A stretch of 64,000 nucleotides of DNA from Takakia lepidozioides (Eukaryota > Plantae > Bryophyta), in NCBI GenBank assembly GCA_030704615.1, contig CM060731.1, positions 71,796,001 through 71,860,000 of the forward strand. Direction: 5' to 3'. The first letter of the stretch is position 1; each line of letters opens with the position of its first letter. The position numbers and the translations under genes are program-made. A model generated the notes under the pieces. The model worked only from the letters and a program-made list of their open reading frames with translations, was not told the DNA's origin and did not search any database. Positions 59,702 to 64,000 of the stretch are shown one piece after another.

Positions 59702-62623
59702 CAACCACGGGACGCGTCCTCTACCTCTAAGCCCACTGGACTTAAGGTTGCAGTTACGGAGGACAATTGGGAGCCTGACATTGGACCCATTGTCACCGAG
59801 GAGAGAGACGACGTATACGACGGTTCCTGAGGGCTTACAGGAATTGCTTTGCCTTCAGTTTGAAGGACTTGGGAGCACTGAAGGGTCAAGAGATCCGTAT
59901 TGAGTTGGCCACTGACACGCCAATCTTTCGGAGACCCTATAGATACAGTGACATGGAGAGGTCTTTGATTCGGATGAGGACTCAAGATCTCTGGGAGGCA
60001 GATTTGGTGGAGCTCTCTGGTGGAGAGTATGCTTCAGCCACAGTGATGCCAGCTAAGAAATATGTCTATGGCAATTGGACGGAGAGACGTATGTGCGGTG
60101 ATTACCGGCCTGTAAATTGTCAGACCAAGTCCGATAGGTATGCCATGCCCACACCAGAGGAGATCTTTGATGCCATTGGGCATTCCAAGGTCTTTAGCAC
60201 GTTGGATTTACGATCCGGATATCACCAGTTGCCGATCAAGGAGGCGGATAAGCAAAAGACGGCATTCTGGGGATCAATGAGCACGGGAAGGATTGCCTAT
60301 ACCAGTGGCGGTTCTTACCATTTGGGCTTAAAAACGCTCCCGCTGAGTTTCAAAGAGTCATGGACAGGATTCTAGCAGGGGTGGAGTTTGCTCGGTGCTA
60401 CATAGATGACATCATCATCTTTAGTGCTACGGTGGAGGAGCATGAGAGACACCTTCAGGGGGTATTTGAGCGCTTGAGGACGCATGGATTGAAGTTACAT
60501 CCGGGCAAGTGCAAGTTTTTCCACAACCAGATTGAGTATCTGGGTCACATGATATATCCTGGAAGATTGGGGGTACAGCAAACTAAGGTAGAGTCCATTG
60601 CACAGGTTCCACGCCCCACGAATGTGAGCCGAGTTCGAGCTTTCATGGGGTTAGCAAACTATTATAGACGGTTTGTTAAGGGATTTAGTGCCATTGCAAA
60701 GGCTTTAACCAAGTGACCAAGGTGGACTGGAGTGGCAGTGGGAAGATGAGCAAGAACAAGCTTTTCAAGAGCTCAAGGCGAGGTTGACCTCGGCGCCCAT
60801 CTTGAGACGACCTATCAGGGGGCGTTCTTTTCAGCTGCATACAGATTGGAGCATGTTGGGGCTTGGAGCGGTGCTCACACAGGTGGATGATGAGGGAAGA
60901 GAGTTCGTAGTGGCTTATGCTAGCTGCTCGAACAACGCTGCAGAGTCTAAGTATAGCTCATATGAGGGAGAATGCTTAGCTGCAGTGTGGGCCGTGGCAC
61001 ACTTCAGGTGCTATCTATACGGCAATCTCTTCACCCTTGTCACGGATCACCAACCACTCAAATGGTTGATGGAGTCAGACAAGCTTACGGGGAAGCTTGC
61101 ACGGTGGGCACTCATCCTTCAAGAGTATGACTTTCAGGTGGTGCATCGACCGGGTTTGGTCAATCGCAATGCAGATGGGTTGAGTCGCAATCCATGCACG
61201 AGCCAACAAGATGACACTGGAGCTCGGTGGCATGGTGAGACGGACGAGGAGATGGTGCCCGGATGGCATGCATCTGCATTTCTGTGTGTCTTCTTGGCAG
61301 CGGAAAGGCCAGGTGGACCTGCAACATGGATGACTGTAGATCAAGTGTCTGAGGACCCTGAGGCCAGCAATGAGCAAGGTGGCGCCAAAGATATACATGA
61401 GGATTCAGTTGTGTTGGACTACCTCCGCACTGGAGACACGGCAGCCACTGTGACTGCCCAAGGAGAGGGATCGGATCCTACAACGAGCCAAGAGGTTCAA
61501 GTGGGAGGGGACACACCTGCTCCGAGTGTGGGAGGATGGTCGAGTGAGGATTGTGCCTCACCCAACACGCGGCACGGTAGTGTGCCATGCCCATGAGGAG
61601 TTGGGGCATTTGGGGTGCGACACACTTATAGTCTACTGCGGGCAGGGGCAGTATTGGTGGCGTGGTATGCACACAGAGGTTGCAACAATTTGTGGCTAGG
61701 TGCATGGTGTGTGACAGGGTGCGTGCTTCATTCAACGCCCCTACTCCACAATTGCACCCTCTTCGATCATGGGATTGGGCTATAGGTGGAGTCTTGACTT
61801 CGCAGGGCCGTTGCCACTGACCATGCGCCACAACAAGTACGTGTTTGTGATGGTGGAGCACTTCTCCAAGTGGATTGAATTGGTTCCATTGCCTGATAAG
61901 GCTAGTGAGGGAGTTGCGTATGCATTCTTGGATTGTGTGCTTAGCCGATTTGGTGCTCCAGCTGAGGTACTCACGGACCAAGGGAGAGAGTTCTTGGGGG
62001 AGTTTCAGGCGTTGTGTGACAAGGCCTTGATAGACCACCGCACCACTTCTCGGGATCATCCTGAGGCCGATGGCTTGGTAGAGAGAGTGGTTCAGACAGT
62101 AAAGAGGGGTTTGTGCAAGTATGGCTTGCAGAAGGACACCTAGGAGATTGGGACCTTCAGTTACCCTGGTTAGCCATGGGCTACAGGTTCAGCAAGCAAG
62201 CATCACTTGCCTCCTTCGGGGCTATCGTCCTGGGGTTCGGAGATTCAACCCTGGTGACTATGTCTATCTGCAGCAGACTGCTCCTACGACCCTGGATGTG
62301 ACTGCAGGACGTGTTATTTTGAGGGTTCGAGAGGTCTTGCCCTCAGGCGTCTTGGTCTTGGAGGGTCGGGATGGCATAACTTGGAAGGACCATGTGCGTA
62401 ATTGTGCGCCATGTCACCTTCCGAATGTCGATGGCAGGATTGACCCAAACTGGCAGTGGTATCTGCAGGTTTGAGGTGCATGTTGTGGTCTGGGTCTGCT
62501 AAAGGGGCAGCCACCATGCTGGTGTGTGATCGATGCTCTAGAGGTTGGCATATGGGATGCTTGACTCAACCTCTTGAGATGGTTCCAGATGGGGATTGGT
62601 TATGTCCACATTGCATTGGATAG
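59702..62623 (+). pseudogene. pol: RT-RH-INT-PHD (copy 2; frameshifts and a ~210-bp deletion near 62217)
   Basis: YIDD, HTDWS, SLDFAG, LTDQG and the PHD cysteine pattern; collinear with copy 1. Confidence 0.9.
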
Positions 62624-62885
62624 TGGGAGTGGATACAACCATGGCAGGCTAACAAGAAACGCCAAGGCCCAGCTACTAGGAGACCTGAACAAACGAGATC
62701 CTGACTCAAGTTCACAGATTGCAAGACGGCGACTAACGATGGGGCTACTCTTGTACCCGGCCTCTTGGTCTATAGAGTTTGAGTTCAATAGAGACAGTGA
62801 TAGAGGACTTAGTACACAGCTGTGGCTATTACATCTTGTAGCTATCTGGAGGTAGAGGGACCTATCCACCAGCTAGGGGGGCGAT

Positions 62886-62970
62886 TGTGGCAGACTACTT
62901 TATTGTGCATATATGTGTGGTGTGGTTTGGACAGCGATGTAGTTGTGTAGCGATATGTATGCGCACGACA
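62886..62970 (+). repeat. Terminal repeat B (3' end of copy 2), 85 bp, directly after the PPT
   Basis: TGTGGCAGAC...GCGCACGACA; matches B1 and B2 of copy 1. Confidence 0.92.
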
Positions 62971-63525
62971 TGGCAAAATGCCTTACATGATGCATATCTG
63001 GGGAACCTATACATGGTGTAGAATGAAGTTGCAGTCTATCTTGTCATGCCCAAAGTGGGTCACTTGGTTGCATGTTTGGAGTGTGATAAACTGCAGGCCG
63101 GTCCATCAAGATGCTTGTGTACACATGTCTTGAATCTGTACAATGGCAGGCTGTTCTTACCTACCCAAGAGGCCTTGCATGATGCATGTCTTTGGTACTT
63201 ACAAATGGCCAAGTGTGAAGCTGCAATATGTTTTGTCATGACCAAGAAGTTTATTTGGTTGCATGCCTGAAATGTAATTAATGGCAGGCTGGTCCTTCAA
63301 GGTACTTGTATGAAGATATCCTGGATCTGTAGTAGGACAAGTTGTTCTTACCTACCCAAGGAGCCTTGCATGATGCATGTCTTGGGTTACTTACAAATGG
63401 CAAAGACTGAAGCTGCAATATGTTTTGTCATGCCCAAGAAGATAACTTGGTTGCATGTTTGAAATCTGCTAAATTGCAGGCTGGTCCTTCAAGGTGCTTG
63501 TATGAACATACCTTGAATCTGTAGT
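62971..63525. repeat. Repeat X copy 2, right part; ~190-bp tandem units
   Basis: GCAGGC(C/T)GGTCC(A/T)TCAAG recurs at ~63093, ~63283 and ~63476. Confidence 0.7.
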
Positions 63526-64000
63526 TGTCGAGCGGCTTTTACCCACCCATCCCTTCGCTATCCGAGGTAGGAACTCCAAGATAGAAGAGTTGGAAATCTC
63601 TAAGTACTCAGCCCGCTCAGAACAATCAGTCATGACCTACAGCTAGTGTATCATGGGGGTGTTTCCTATTTGTACTCCTTCCCGCATTCATGTTAGCGAG
63701 TTACCTTACTTTCTGCAATTAAGTATCAGTTTGCTTCAGAAATCTATCAGTTCCATCCATTCATTCCACAGCTTTCACTCAGGTCTCTCTACACAGTGTG
63801 AGTATGAAGTTGTATCAGATTAATATCTTCAAGTATCAGGCTGAAGTCATGGTGTCTCTAATCTCTCTACATTACAATTCTACAGCTTGCATTCCTCAAG
63901 TAACAACAGATCGTCACTTCTCCTACTCCGTGCTCTTCATCTTTCCCCTCAGAGATGTGCTCTCCCCCCTATTTCCAAGCCCCCGATGCCAGAATCCCCC
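63526..64000 (-). repeat. Family T LTR (T1-like variant), running off the window
   Basis: TGTCGAGCGGCTTTTAC... matches the reverse complement of the LTR 3' end. Confidence 0.9.

Larger units (their letters stand above)
54586..62970 (+). mobile_element. Methyltransferase/PHD Ty3/Gypsy element, copy 2, both ends present, 4-bp TSD TGGC
   Basis: Starts TGTCAAG (repeat A) and ends GCACGACA (repeat B). TGGC at 54582-54585 and 62971-62974; the flanks rejoin as repeat X. Confidence 0.92.

Noticed and set aside
54586-62970. DIRS/PAT/Ngaro tyrosine-recombinase element
   Set aside because: It has a protease, an HHCC-DDE integrase, a PPT and a 4-bp TSD. No recombinase ORF is visible.

Overview
Eukaryotic, plant-type (probably streptophyte) heterochromatin-like window made almost entirely of nested transposable elements, with no intact host gene. 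It contains: (i) a Mutator/MULE-type transposase (GCM-like zinc domain, DDE core, SWIM) flanked by palindromic repeat arrays (~3.4-9.3 kb); (ii) two copies of an unusual Ty3/Gypsy element, 9425-~18050 (minus) and 54586-62970 (plus); (iii) three copies plus one partial LTR of an Athila-like Ty3/Gypsy family with ~1 kb LTRs and a ~1250-aa extra 3' ORF; (iv) a fragmented Gypsy pol with a dUTPase-like domain between protease and RT; (v) a CACTA element; (vi) two copies of an unclassified repeat; and (vii) a 500-N gap. Element (ii) is the standout. It encodes a DNMT3-like cytosine-5 methyltransferase between protease and RT, has a UAG-CAR-YYA leaky stop after it in both copies, ends its DDE integrase with a PHD finger, and has a self-complementary (tRNA-independent) primer site. 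It also has circularly permuted 'split' terminal repeats (A...B-gc-A-at-B / A...B, 4-bp TSD). These imply integration through a CA-GC-TG junction inside the reverse-transcription-defined LTR rather than at the cDNA ends. Many 1-nt indels differ between copies and may be sequencing errors. All family assignments are by motif recognition only; no database search was run.
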